A stretch of DNA of 47,740 bases from Sphaeroforma arctica JP610 (GCF_001186125.1 NW_014039898.1:4483-52222); one strand, 5' to 3'. Numbered from the stretch's first letter, positions 1 through 12,269 are shown. Numbers and translations are program-made. The notes: a model not told the origin generated them from the letters alone.

Positions 1-80
1 TGTATATGTATATATGTGTATATACATGTATATTTCTATATATATATATATATGTGTGTGTATGTATGTATGTATATATA
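1..80. repeat. TA/TG-rich microsatellite, probably inside an upstream intron of the MAPK gene
   Basis: Runs of tatata, tgtgtg and tatgtatg are directly visible. The overlapping 65-aa ORF is a repeat artefact. Confidence 0.85.
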
Positions 81-509
81 CATGAATACTTTCTTGTTAT
101 ATATTCACCCTTCCAAATCTGCAACAAAAAAATACATTTAGTTTTATGCAAATCTTCTGTTTATCTACAAAGTATTATTTTTATATCAATTTATCATGTG
201 TAACATATTTCATGCGAGTCTATTGTGGCGTTTCTGTTGATATATACTAACCTGCTTGTACACTATTTTTGTGGAATGCGTTCATGGTTGTTTTGAAACA
301 CTTGTGTATGTAAAACCGAATTAAGCCATGTATGAACGTATGTAAATATGGGTTTAAACATGTATGAGTTTACACATCATACCCTCATATAGGCACATAT
401 GTATGCAGCAATACCTACGTAGGTTTGCAATTTATCAGTGGCGGACCAGTATGATACATTCAGACCAGTAGACCATACGAATTGATTTTCACTTTCGTGT
501 GTTTTGCAG

Positions 510-3500
510 TTCTGCCACAGACGCGCTGACAGGCGAGAAGGTGGCGATCAAGAAAATTCTCAAAGGGTTCGAAACTGCCGTCCATGGCAAACGTACATGT
601 AGAGAGGTCCAGCTACTCAGTCAGCTGAAACATGAAAATGTGGGACATAGCCTGTGTATAAATACTCGTAGTCTCCTGCAAGTATATTATACCTACGCGT
701 GGTTGCGATATGCCATGTGTGCTCCAGTGTTCACAGTAATTATTTGAAAGAGTCGAGCTGACTTTATTTCTCACATAGGCGCTTCGGGCTGTCTTTTTCC
801 CTGCCCCACTTTTTATCTTTAACAATGAGTTCCGTTTCGAGACTTTCATTGAAAATTTTCTCTACGCAGAATTCTCATTTCTCATTTTCTTGCATCACAG
901 ATCATTTCGCTCAAGACTGTCTTCTCACCGTATGGACGGGAGGAATTTGACGACATGTAAGTTTTTACACTATTCCGATCCATGATAATCTTGGCAGTTT
1001 TAGGGTAACGATTGCATTGTTAAATATGTGTGTGACATACCAAGCATGATCACACACTTAGCACTGTCTCCGTCACCAACACATTGATTCCATACAAGTA
1101 TGCAATGTCGTTAGGCATATTACTTGGCATGGGTTGTTCGCTAAATCAATAGCTAAGTGAAAACCATGCTCATGGCCTAAGCGCGAACATTTTGGGATTC
1201 TATTCCCTCATAAATGCTTTTCTCGTTGAAATCTTTGCTCCGTTATTCGATACAATATATCTGTGTCGGTCGCAAAAAAAAACAATCGATGGCGATATGC
1301 GGAGGCGATATGCATATATTTATATTTATATAATTGACTTTTCACTTATCTTATATTCCGTCGGTCGAAAGTCAATCGTGTTTCGCGACATTCAGTTAAA
1401 TATAGTATCGTAGCGTCTATGAGCTGAATATTTTATGAAATTACAATCTTGCTGAGCATAGGTTTCTCATTCGCAATAACTACAACACTTCCGTTCACTA
1501 TATGAAAGCTTCCTTCTCGCGACAATACATCCTTTTTGAAGTACAATTGCACACATCAATGGCTGGGGTAGTTTCGATGTACTCGTTGTTCTTATGAAAT
1601 AGTCACTGTCAACTCCACGTACACGATTTATAAATAGATATCTCGTAATGGAACTGTTGGACGCTGATCTGCGGCGAGTCATCTACACGCAAGATCTGAC
1701 GGAAGAGCACACCAAGTTTTTTATATATCAAATATTAAGGGGTCTGAAGTACGTCCACTCGGCCGATATTGTGCACCGTGACTTAAAACCAGGTATGGTC
1801 AAATGTATGCCTAAGAATTTGCGTGACAACTGTATGGCTTGATGTTGAGGGAATCTCTTTTATCATAAAAGGTGTGAGTTGCGACCAATCTATCGATCTT
1901 GTGCGTCATAAATCGTACCAGGTTGCATCCACCATAAGCGTTAGGTATCCGTGTGTAGTTGTGTAATAATGCTGTCTCCGGATCAATATACAGCTCGTGT
2001 TGTAGCACTGCTTATACGACTTTCTCGTTATCCAACGGGGTGTGAAATAGGCCAATCAGTTGATCTTGTGCACTGCGATGTAAAGCGAGATACGGTCAAC
2101 AACACATCTCGATTACTCGCGTGTACTTTTATTAAAACGAAAGCGGACTACCAACAGCGCACTTGTATATTCGTCCATATTTGTTAATTATTCAGTTTTC
2201 ATGGCAAGGGGAATAGTGAATGTCCACTGAGCCGATGTTTCTATTTTCACCTCTACATTCTCTGCCCTCTCCCCCGCCTCCCACTGTTTCGCTCGCCACT
2301 TTGTTTGGGCTCTCAGGGCAATTCCGTATACACTCACCTTCTCCGATTTTGCAGGCAACATCGCCGTCAACGAAGACTGCGGTGTAAAGATCCTCGACTT
2401 CGGCTTAGCCAGACAATCTGACCCAGAAATGACTGGCTACGTAGCCACAAGGTACAAGTCGATGTCAATTTCTGCATACTTTGTCTCTGGCAATGTTTCC
2501 ACAAGATGTGCCAGTGTGATTTTAAAGCTCGGTGTTAATAACTGGTAGAATATGATACACCATGATTCATGCATAATAATTATTTGTATGGTTTTACGAG
2601 CAGAATGGTGCTTGGGCTATCGGTGCATACACTTGTTCTGGCGCTAATGAATATATCCATAAAGCTGTACTACATCCTAAGAAAAGGTCAGTAGGTTTTA
2701 CATGCGGGTCAGTCAGCAATATGACTGATATTGGGCTAGTAGAATCGCGTATATTCGCCTACAGTGGGAGCTCAAACCTACTTTGTCCTTCGAATGCAAG
2801 CTGTGACATCCACATGTACTCGGAGTGTTTGATTGATATATGTATATTATCTCATATTGTAGAGCTATCTTGATATACTCTTTTCTCAGACACTATCGTG
2901 CGCCTGAGATCATGTTGAACTGGAGGAGATACGACAAGGGAGTCGATATTTGGAGTGTGGGCTGTATTATGGCCGAGATTATCAATAAGAAGACTCTCTT
3001 TAATGCAGACGACTACGTAACACACATCACCACCATCTGCGAGGTGTGTGACGGTATTGTATTGCGGTATATATATATATATATATACGCTGTCGTCTAT
3101 GGATGGGACGTAAAGTAGTGTATGCAAATGTTTGAATTACTCGTGTATGGACGGTCCTAAAGTTGTGTACGTGTGATCCTTTGTAGTAAACCCTGAACCC
3201 ACTGAATCATGTGTACGGGCGGCTTGCCATCTGGCGTGCGTTTGAAATATGTATTGTGGTACCTTTTCTCGAATTCTCACCCAGCCTATTAGGACTGGGA
3301 TGTTGGCTGTTCGCTGCCAGTTGTATGATGATATCGTGTTCTCACATTGCCACAATGCTCAAGAGTATATAGTTACCGGGTTGAACTAGTCCTGTAGACA
3401 TACATCGCATCGATTGATCTGATATGCGTGATGGGCAATCGGAGGGCTTTTTCTTATTGTCAAGAATCTCATACTATGTTATTATATTCAAGTGGTTGTC

Positions 3501-4814
3501 ACCATAAGTCACACAACCTTAGTTTTATTATGTCCAATTATCTCCATACTCCTCACCAACAATTCTTACTGTTCATTCAGTTGTACAAACAATGTCTCAC
3601 GGTTAGTCCGTTTAGTCAATCAGAACTTTAGCTGACATTTTTAACTAAGTTGTATATCCGCATATTGTTCATTTTCCAACAGGTGGTGGGCACCCCAGAC
3701 GAAGACACCATCGCATCCATAGGCAGTTCAGACGCACAGCAATTCATCAGAGATTTGCCGAAACACCCTCCCAAGGGCTTTGATAAGATCTGCCCGGGCG
3801 CATCTCCTGAAGGTATATCGAGACTATGCCCTTCCAACATCTATGGCTAGTATACCTAGTATATTGTTTGCTTCTTTATCAGGAATTTGCTACGAGAGTT
3901 ACGTTAGAGTATATCTAAAAAGACGATACTCCTATGACCTCATGAAATTTCACATGCACTTTGCTCAGTTTGCAAGATTTGAACTCTCAGATGATTATTG
4001 CAGTGTATATTGACTGATATGTTGGAGGCGGACTTGTTTTCGGTCATGCGAAGTCGCCATTATAGCACCTATCTTTCTTACGCCATCTTGTGCGTACGCA
4101 CACTCTGACACCTCTCACGACACCATCTGTATTACTCTATTCATTTTCTCCCTTATATAGATTCACTTTCCTACACTGCACAAATATTCACACTATCCGC
4201 ACCTCTACATATTTTCTACGCCATCTCTATACATTCAGCCGTCGATTTCTTGTCGCGGTGTTTAGTCTTCGATGGAAAGCGTCGGATGAATGTACTGGAA
4301 GCTTTAGAGCATCCGTTTGTTGCAAGGTTTCACGACCCTGGAAACGAGCCCATCCTGCAATCGAAGTTTGATTTCAGCAAATATGAGGAGAAAGACTACA
4401 CGATAGAGGAATGGAAGCGTATGTCATAGACATTCTTGAATGCTTTTACTGTTTGCACACTGTATCTGCCATCTGTGTTAGTATCGTTGCATATCAATAG
4501 CCGAGGGCATACAGTCATTTGTCGTAAAAGAACCAATCTGATACGCATGTTTTCGCTAACCAAAAGTTGTAACGAACATATTGCAAGTTTTATGTAGACT
4601 GTGCTAGAATGTACGTATGCATATTAAACTCCATGTGAATGTTCAGTTGAATTTAACTAATATTGAGTCCAGACAGAATAGACCGGTATGTCGCAGGTGT
4701 ATGATTCTATTGTAGCGAAACAACTACTTCAACCTCTCAATCATGAATATTTCTTCCGAATGTTCAGAAATGGTCTGGGACGAAATTCAACAAGTACGGC
4801 AAGCCGAACAATGA
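510..4814 (+). CDS. p38: p38/HOG1-family MAP kinase, 5'-partial (first exon(s) lie upstream of the window), 8 exons visible
   Basis: GT-AG exons with consistent phase: 510-639 ([20 protein letters not shown]), 901-956 (IISLKTVF..), 1638-1792 (YLVMELL..HRDLKPG), 2355-2451 ([32 protein letters not shown]), 2890-3043 ([22 protein letters not shown]), 3683-3812 (VVGTPDE..), 4239-4418 ([20 protein letters not shown]) and 4768-4814 ([17 protein letters not shown]). The TGY activation loop and APEIMLNW are diagnostic of p38/Hog1. Confidence 0.95.
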
Positions 4815-5283
4815 TGAAAGAGGTCGAGGGCCCAGCTTACATACGCAAAGAACACCCTTTTTATTTTTGAATAAAAAAATCAAATCAAATGGAAATAAAC
4901 ACGGTCACTATGCACTTCTTATAAGAGTGGAAGGGGAACGGTGTATCTTGTGCAGCACTCATTAACAATGGAATGTGTAGCGCAACCAGATCAGAGTAAG
5001 CTGACAACCAAGCATAGTAGAGTCTTCTTGAGCTGTCCAGTAGAAATAACAGACGTGATGTAGTTTTTAATCTCGTGTATGCTAAGTATTTGCTGCATTT
5101 ATCTGTTGAATGAAGAACATCGCGCCAATGGCGCAAGCGATGCTGTCTGAACTTGTTAGGCCTCGTCGCGGACACTGTTCGAGGAATACCCCTCCTCTAT
5201 GAGCAGTAAATTAGTTGTTTTCGGTGGTTTCACCAGTCTTGCGTCCGTCCCGCACAAAGCTGTCAATTTGTCTACTCTGCACT

Positions 5284-6849
5284 TCAGTATGTCGCACACA
5301 GTCGGATTCTTCGAGAACATGCCCAGCACATTTGACTGATGTACCAGTATTGCTGTCTCCGCATATGCCATCCACAAGAGCTTGTGAATATCGACTTCCA
5401 CCTGGTGTAGAGCCACCAATGATTCAACGGCCTTGGTTTCCTCTTTTCACGTAATGGCTTCAGTATCCTCGAGGGCAAATTTACTGTGTGAGCCGCTCCT
5501 GACATGATATAGTTATCTATTACTTGCAATGTTAGTCTGCTAATTTTTCCAGCATAATTATCTCCAGCCCGGACTGTCAGCGAGTTGGCTTCTGTCCCCA
5601 CCATCCGCTTAAGCTGCCGAACATCTTTCATGAATCTGAAGTTTTCGTCCATATGCCGTCTGCCAGCGATAGCCAATAGTATGGGATAAAGTTCTTTGTC
5701 TTGCAATAGCAGATCAAGTCGCCCACGCGGATCTATCAAATCATATGCCTGACCGATTAAGGTCTTCTCGCTGACACGTAGATTATCGAATCCAAATGCA
5801 CCCGTGATCTCATTCCATACAAGAGCTCCAAACATTTCGAACACTAGCTGCCAGACGAGTACCATTGATGTTGTGAATCTATAAAACGCAAGACCCTTGC
5901 TTTCAATTCGAACCATGCACATGGATATCACCAATATCACTGCCTGCATAACCATCATGCGCACGACATTTTCATAGTCGACGAAAAACTTTACAAACCC
6001 CCCGCGTATTTTCACCGTATACCAACTCATCTCGATCAAGGTGAGCAATGCATATGAAACGACGGCCCACCCGATAATTTCGGTGTATTTAGGGAAGGAG
6101 ACGGACATAGCAACGATGTAAGGTATCACTTGGAACACAAGTGACATGATTATGGATTTGACGAAGAACATCTTGTAGCTTGGATTACAGATACCTTCTG
6201 CCAACAAAAAATACATGAGCGCCATCCTATTACTTAGTGCCGCCCATACTTGCCCGACCATCATCAGCTCCAATGCTTGTAGGAAGCGAACATAATTGCT
6301 TCTTGGCAAGTAATAAACCGTCAGCATGTTCGTGATATATGTGAGGGGAGGTATGACCAATATGCAAAAGCTAACATGAGCTATGAAAGAAGGCAGTTTG
6401 CTTAGTATGACCGGTGATTTTCTATGCTTATATATTGTCATGAGAGTGACACCACACAGCAGAAAGGTAAACCCTGTGACTACTGAAAAAAAGATAGCAC
6501 TATCGTTATTCCGCGGCACCCATCGCATGTAGGGTTTAGGTGGCGGGACTGCCAAATACTTGGAAAGATAGAACGAACCCCAAAAAAATCCGATGAGGGG
6601 CAGATAGAAAAAAAGCATGACTAGAACGTTCCTCCTCACCACAGCCCGCGTTCGATTGCGTGTTCCATCCCAGAAGGATATATCCTTCACAATCGCGCTA
6701 GCACTGCCTTTGCACAAAGTAGACTCGTGGTCATTTGGTGAAGAAAATTCTGAAGACGATTTCTGTGTCGTGGACATGTTTGGTCTCATTATCACCACAC
6801 CGGTAGAGACGACCGTAATCTGATCTGACATTCTCTCATCCATATTCAT
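5284..6849 (-). CDS. Multi-pass membrane protein with C-terminal RGS domain (7TM-RGS type); true end probably at 5156 via a frameshift
   Basis: 521-aa intronless ORF with about 8 hydrophobic segments. A KHRKSPVI loop follows the first core helix. RGS-like motifs follow: LDLLLQDKELY..HMDENFRFMKDV..VIDNYIMSGAAHTVNLPS. An RGS-like terminal helix (ALHQVEVDIHKLL) lies in the overlapping frame 5156-5419. Confidence 0.8.
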   Translation of the reverse strand: MNMDERMSDQITVVSTGVVIMRPNMSTTQKSSSEFSSPNDHESTLCKGSASAIVKDISFWDGTRNRTRAVVRRNVLVMLFFYLPLIGFFWGSFYLSKYLAVPPPKPYMRWVPRNNDSAIFFSVVTGFTFLLCGVTLMTIYKHRKSPVILSKLPSFIAHVSFCILVIPPLTYITNMLTVYYLPRSNYVRFLQALELMMVGQVWAALSNRMALMYFLLAEGICNPSYKMFFVKSIIMSLVFQVIPYIVAMSVSFPKYTEIIGWAVVSYALLTLIEMSWYTVKIRGGFVKFFVDYENVVRMMVMQAVILVISMCMVRIESKGLAFYRFTTSMVLVWQLVFEMFGALVWNEITGAFGFDNLRVSEKTLIGQAYDLIDPRGRLDLLLQDKELYPILLAIAGRRHMDENFRFMKDVRQLKRMVGTEANSLTVRAGDNYAGKISRLTLQVIDNYIMSGAAHTVNLPSRILKPLREKRKPRPLNHWWLYTRWKSIFTSSCGWHMRRQQYWYISQMCWACSRRIRLCATY

Positions 6850-8763
6850 TGTTTAATTTGAAAGTACTGTAGCTCTGTCAACCACGATGGTAAGCTGTTA
6901 TCATCCTTTGATCACTTATATGCTTGAATTTGGTAACAGACGTTTATGTATATAGTCAAATGCACAACACCAACGGTTTTGATCACGACTCGTCGTCACT
7001 CGAATCGTTTATGTATTTTGTTTTTATTAAAAAAAAGACCTTACATAGCCTTCTAAAATATTCAAGAGGGCTATGGAATTTATAAATTTCAATATTTCAT
7101 AGCCCTCTAATTTATATACAAATATTTGTTTTTTAAAAAACAAATATTTTACTCTGTTGGATTGGAATTTGAAATCTGTCGAGTAAAAACTAAAAACTAA
7201 AAGTTTAAAAAAAAACACTAAACAGCGACTAAAACAGCGATCATGTTTTTGAGTAAAATGTTCAATTTTCTCCTGTTCTGTGGTTTCATTTAAAAAAAAT
7301 GGTTATACATATCGACATCATGATGTGAAGAATTCCGAATTGTGGTTATTTACTGTCCGTAGTCCGACTACCGTATTGACGGTATTGTGGAATGTGGAGT
7401 TGTGTGTGGACAAGAAAGAGAAGCCAATATTTTGATTATTTTAAGGGAAAAACTAAAAAAAGGCCAATGTAGGACGCCGAATGGTACTCGGGGACTCGGG
7501 GTATTTGACGGAGTAAAAGGTTTACTCCGGCTAGGTTTTCGCTAGAGTATAAACTAATCGGGCTGGAAATATACTATGTAGCCCAATTGGGCTATTTTGA
7601 AAATATATAGTTTCGGATAGTTTTCTTTTTTTGAAACAATGCGACGTATTTTTAGCCAGTAAACACCTTGTATTGTTTTTGTAAGCAAATGTATGGTCTC
7701 CAAAGTTAAATTTTGATTTTTTTTTTAATTATTGTTTTGAAATTAGTATCTTTTTTTATGCTAAGCTTTCAATAACATGCTAAATCCCTTTGGACGAGCC
7801 CGCACTGTGAACAACCGACCGGGCAAATGTCCGGCAAAATCGGAGATTAGCTAAACTACTGGACATATTGAAAATCTGAGACCACGAGCGTGTTCAGCGT
7901 GGCCAAATTAGCTACGGGCATTAATTTAATTACATTATATCTGTAAGGATAGCATGTTCTTTTTTATATCGGGATAGCCACTGTAACCCGATTTTCTATA
8001 TAACACGATTTTCTAACCTGTATTAGTGTAATGCTGTTGGTCCTTATCTTGATCATCGGTGACTATTTTTATTCTTTTTGAGCTGGGAAAAACTTTTGGA
8101 GTAATATTAGATAGTATTTTGAAAATTAGCCAATTGTAATCGTATATAAATATAGAAAGAAGATATGTTTTATATAAAATGTTGAGCAACTTTAGAATTT
8201 GACACCTCTCGAGGCTCACCTCCTCCTCGTCCTTTGATTTTCTCATCACCTTCTTGTAGGGAATGTAGGCTGTTGTGATATTCACCTCCTCGCCCGTGGC
8301 AGCAAATTTGGCCCCACATAGTCTCCTTCACCTCGTGGCAGCACATCTTTTTTTCTTTTTTGGAGAAGTTCCAAAATTAAATTTGTCGCCACATCTTCTT
8401 CTACTCCTCCTGAGTATATAAGTTTTGGCATTTGTTGACGAATTGTAGAATATCTACATATACATTTATAGTTTTAGATTTTAAATTTGCCACTTTCTCG
8501 TCCTCTTCTCGTCCTAGTGATAGCATATATCTTTTTTAGAAACTGTATTGTTCTCCTCAGGCCAAAATTTGTATACAAAAATATAGAAAAGATGAACAGG
8601 GAGATAACAGATGGACAAAAAAATAGAAAATGTAGCAGAAGAACAGGTAACCGTAGGTTCAATAGAATTACTAGTATAAAGTGTGTGAACTGTGTAACAC
8701 ACCGTTTGTTGAATGAGATGAACGTGCAACGATGGGGGCAACATGCTGCATTACAAATGTAAA

Positions 8764-9234
8764 ATGAGGAGAGGTACAAAGTATATTCACTGCACAAATA
8801 GCGAGAATCGAGAAGTGGAGCTTTACTCGATGCGGCCGGAATGGCGATCTGTTTAGAAAGATCGCGTAAAAGTGGTTACCACAATGTTGGTTTGCTGTGC
8901 CCACTTTGATCTAGCTGATAAAAATAGTAGCAAAGGCAAACACAGACCCAAGCAGGGAGTATTACCCGTTTACTTTCAAGAAGAAGATATTTTGATCCCA
9001 TCAGGTGGTCATGCAACTATTACATCGAATAACGAAAGCTCACAAAATACTTTAGTTTTGAATTCGAATTCTGAAGCATCTTCAGATCCGTCAGGTTATA
9101 CTATAAACCATCTACCATCACAAGCGTCACAAGAAGGAATAGTGGAAGTAACGAGAAGTGATAGGAGGAGTAGGAGAAGTGATAGGAGGAGTAGGAGGAG
9201 TGGTGGGAGACATACTATCGTACACGTTTTATAG
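8764..9234 (+). pseudogene. Degenerate THAP zinc-finger ORF
   Basis: ATG at 8764 is in frame with ORF 8872-9234 across one TAG (8854): MRRGTKYIHCTNSENREVELYSMRPEWRSV*KDRVKVVTTMLVCCAHF..KQGVLP. The W, CxxHF and xVLP positions match THAP. The first Cys is absent. Confidence 0.5.
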
Positions 9235-9323
9235 ACGGTACAATCGCTGAATTGGCTTCAAACGCTTTCGGTAATCAAGACTATTTAAAAGCCATTAATC
9301 AAAAATGGCGTAAGCGCCTGCTG
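9207..9323 (+). pseudogene. Inverted fragment of Gypsy integrase C-terminal chromodomain-like region
   Basis: Translates ETYYRTRFIDGTIAELASNAFGNQDYLKAINQKWRKRLL. This is homologous to Gypsy-B YTYYTTEFADGVQYDLPPSAFDDPDVLKAFNKKFRKRLH but lies on the opposite strand to the rest of Gypsy-A. Confidence 0.75.
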
Positions 9324-9589
9324 CTTATCAATTTATTGAGCCATGGATCTTTACCACGTAATGGGCATCACAACGTGATGGTAGCTTTATGTATATGAAC
9401 ATAATTTAATAGCTGGGCAATTAACTGCCATGGTGGATTAGGGTTTTTATCTTGCAAAGGATGATTTAAAGTCCTGTGATTCGATAGTTGTGCATTATGA
9501 TGTGCAGCAAACATATCTATGGTATGTGGCCCAGATATTTTTTGAGCCAGTTCAAACCACCTGGAAATACACTTTCAGTCAATGGCTAG
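9324..9589 (-). pseudogene. DIRS/Dam-type DNA N6-adenine methyltransferase remnant of Gypsy-A
   Basis: Minus-strand translation: LAID*KCISRWFELAQKISGPHTIDMFAAHHNAQLS..NPPWQLIAQLLNYVHIHKATITL*CPLRGKDPWLNKLIS. NPPW is at 9428-9439. There are two in-frame stops. Clearly homologous to Gypsy-B 34130-34524. Confidence 0.85.
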
Positions 9590-9594
9590 TAACT

Positions 9595-10406
9595 ATAAGA
9601 TTCGGTCTAATAAAGGCGATACTAATGCCTTAGAATAAATAAACGCGTAGGTAAATTCTATATCGTGTAAACATCGATATAAATAAACAAAATGAGACGT
9701 TTAATACTTGCCTCGTGAAAACAGTAATACTCTGAGGGATTGTGAGGCTGAGACATTGCCTATATATAATCCTCTCAGTACTGTTTCCGCCGAAGGGATT
9801 TTATTTAGTGTTTCGTTGTCGCTCTATTCTGGGGCGAATCCGAGAGACTCATAAAATCCTATCTTTAGAGAAAAAAGAAATAAAAATAAAAATACTCTTG
9901 ACGTCTTTAGTTATTGTCTTAACCAATAGCTTGCCACTATCAAGAATTACCGACTTAACCTTCATCAGACTGGCACATCTGGTTGGCTTATCAAGGATCA
10001 ACTAGGTAACATTAATAGTCCCTAGAAACCTATATTCGGTTGAGCCATCTCGCTACCGAAGTATTCAGATATAAATAAAATTGGAAAGTAAATAAAGCTC
10101 TATTAATAGAACTAGACCATCTCGTTTATGTTTGGTATTTTACTGAGGCCTTTTAATGGCCTCATCTAAATATCTGATATGTTAAATGGAAAAGGTTTAA
10201 TTAATAAAACCATTAAAACCATTTTAGGAAACTTAAGTACCTCGTGCTATTAAGAGCACATTTAGGAGACTTAAGTTCCCCGTACTATTAAGAGTACATT
10301 TAGGAAACTTAAGTTCCTCGTACTATTAAGAGTACGTTTATAATTTGCGTACTGCTTAAGAGTACGTTTATACATAGAGTCTAATGTGGAGGCCCGGCTT
10401 ACTACA
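9595..10406 (-). mobile_element. Solo LTR of the Gypsy-A family inserted into Gypsy-A pol
   Basis: Aligns along its length with 13235-13970. Flanked by a 5-bp direct repeat TAACT (9590-9594, 10407-10411). Removing it rejoins RNase H (..KSVREL) in frame to the MTase (LAID..). Contains about 3 copies of a 38-bp repeat (about 10220-10340) present once in the other LTR. Confidence 0.85.
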
Positions 10407-12230
10407 TAACTCACGTACGGATTTATTAAAATCCGGTACAAAGTGTGATAACATATCCGATAAATGGTTATGTATTGCTGTCAGATGTTTTATATCAAAA
10501 TGAAACTTTGATATTGTATCATGCCAGCGACTCAGTAATTGTGAGTCGGGTTGCATTTCTTTCATATATTGAAGAGATTTCTGATCACACATCAGCGTAA
10601 ATGCTGTTCCGTATAAGTAATCTCGGAAGTGTGTTAAAGCTGCCACTATGGCTAATAGCTCTTGTTTAACAGTTGAATAATTCAACTGTGAAGCATTTAT
10701 TGCTCGACTAAAGAATTGTATATATCTAGGTTTGTCATCCATAACCTGATATAATACTCCTCCTAAGGCTGAGTCGGAGGCGTCCGTTGATATTTCAAAC
10801 GGCACGCCATCGACTGGTCCTTGTACAGCTGGGGCTTGTTGGACTACTTGTTTGAGCACTTTAAACGCGTCCTCACACTCTTTAGTCCACAGGTCTTCTA
10901 GTTTGCCTTTATGACATTTTAAGTGTCCAAAAGGTTTAAGGTAATCAGTTAAGTGTGGTACTCCATCTGAAAAGAAGTCTACAGACCCACACAAGCTGTT
11001 AACATCTTTTCCTGTAGTTGGTGTTCGCCAATCTAACAAGTGTGCTACCTTACCGGGGTCGATTTTAATACCTTCTCCAGATATTCGGTAGCCTAAGAGC
11101 TGTATTTCGCTCATGGCGAAGTGACATTTCTTCTCGTTCATCGTGAAGTTTTACTCGTTGAGTCTCTTAAAGACTCGTCTGACTAATGCGGCGTGTTTGG
11201 AAAAGATGACTATGTCATCTATGTAGACTTGCACGTTAGGCATGTCTGTAAACATTTCGTCCATTTCTTGTTGGAAGAATGCTGGTAAAGAGTGTAACCC
11301 GAAAGGTGCACCTCTGAACCTGTATTGTTTACCTTTCCACGTAAAACTAAAGTATTTAAGATGTGGTTCATATACCTGCATTTGATGGTATCCTTGTGTA
11401 AGGTCTATAGTTGTAAATACTGTAGCACCTTCCATCCTTCGCAGTAGCTCGTTAATATGAGGTAAGTGAAAGTTATGAGTCGGCAGTAATTTATCTATTG
11501 GATTCATATCTAAACATACTCTGACTTTCTTAAACGATCCGTCAGAGTTATGTTGGTGTACGGCTAGCACCGCCAAGTTAACTGGCGTCTGTTGATAGTT
11601 AATTTCTATCACTCCATTTGCTAGCCATTTCTCAACTTGTTCTTTTACCACAGCCTCGTGTCTCCAGGATACATAGCTCCTTGAGGGACACTTTAACTGT
11701 GTAAAATCTACCTTGGTTAAGTCAAGGCTGACATATCCGCCGTTAAAGCGGAATTTTGCCCAATCTGTGATCTTTATCTTCTTATTAACTAGAATCATAT
11801 TCATGATTTTGTTCGCAAAGTCAGGTATTAATGCCTTGACTGTGTCTGACGGGGGCTTATATGGATTCAGACAGTTATCGTCTGATTGATCCTTTAATGG
11901 ATCTATGTTATTTGGTAGACCAGTTACGGTTATACCTAGAGTGAGTAAATCGCTCATTCTGACTATAATGTCGTACTTCTGTGACATCTTAACTATCACA
12001 GCTTGGGTAGTGATATTCCTATCATCGGCCAGGGAGATTTTAATATCTGTGGCCATGGTATCACACTTAGCAATTTTATCATCAGCTAAAATGAGGTAAG
12101 TTGTTTGTGTTCTCCTTTCGATAGCAAAGCCATCGGATAGACATGAAATTTCTGAACCAGGATCAATCAACGCAAGGATTCTATTTACATTGCAGTATAC
12201 AGGGATTATTACACGCTCATCTCAAGAGTC
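10407..12230 (-). pseudogene. Gypsy-A pol: aspartic protease, reverse transcriptase, RNase H
   Basis: ORFs 11151-12170 and 10368-11141 are separated by one stop. Motifs: IDPGSEISC, RVCLDM, DLTQGYHQ, PFGL, YIDD, TDASDSALGGVLYQ, NHLSDMLS. Confidence 0.92.
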
Positions 12231-12269
12231 GTTGTACTGTCTGTGTATCTATTGTACCCGGTAGTACCG

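Noticed and set aside
613..4371. Numerous short ORFs on both strands within the MAPK gene
   Set aside because: They are intronic, or exon read-through and antisense frames explained by the spliced gene model.
5443..5450. 8-nt GT..AG micro-intron restoring the RGS frame
   Set aside because: Too short for spliceosomal splicing; a one-base indel is simpler.
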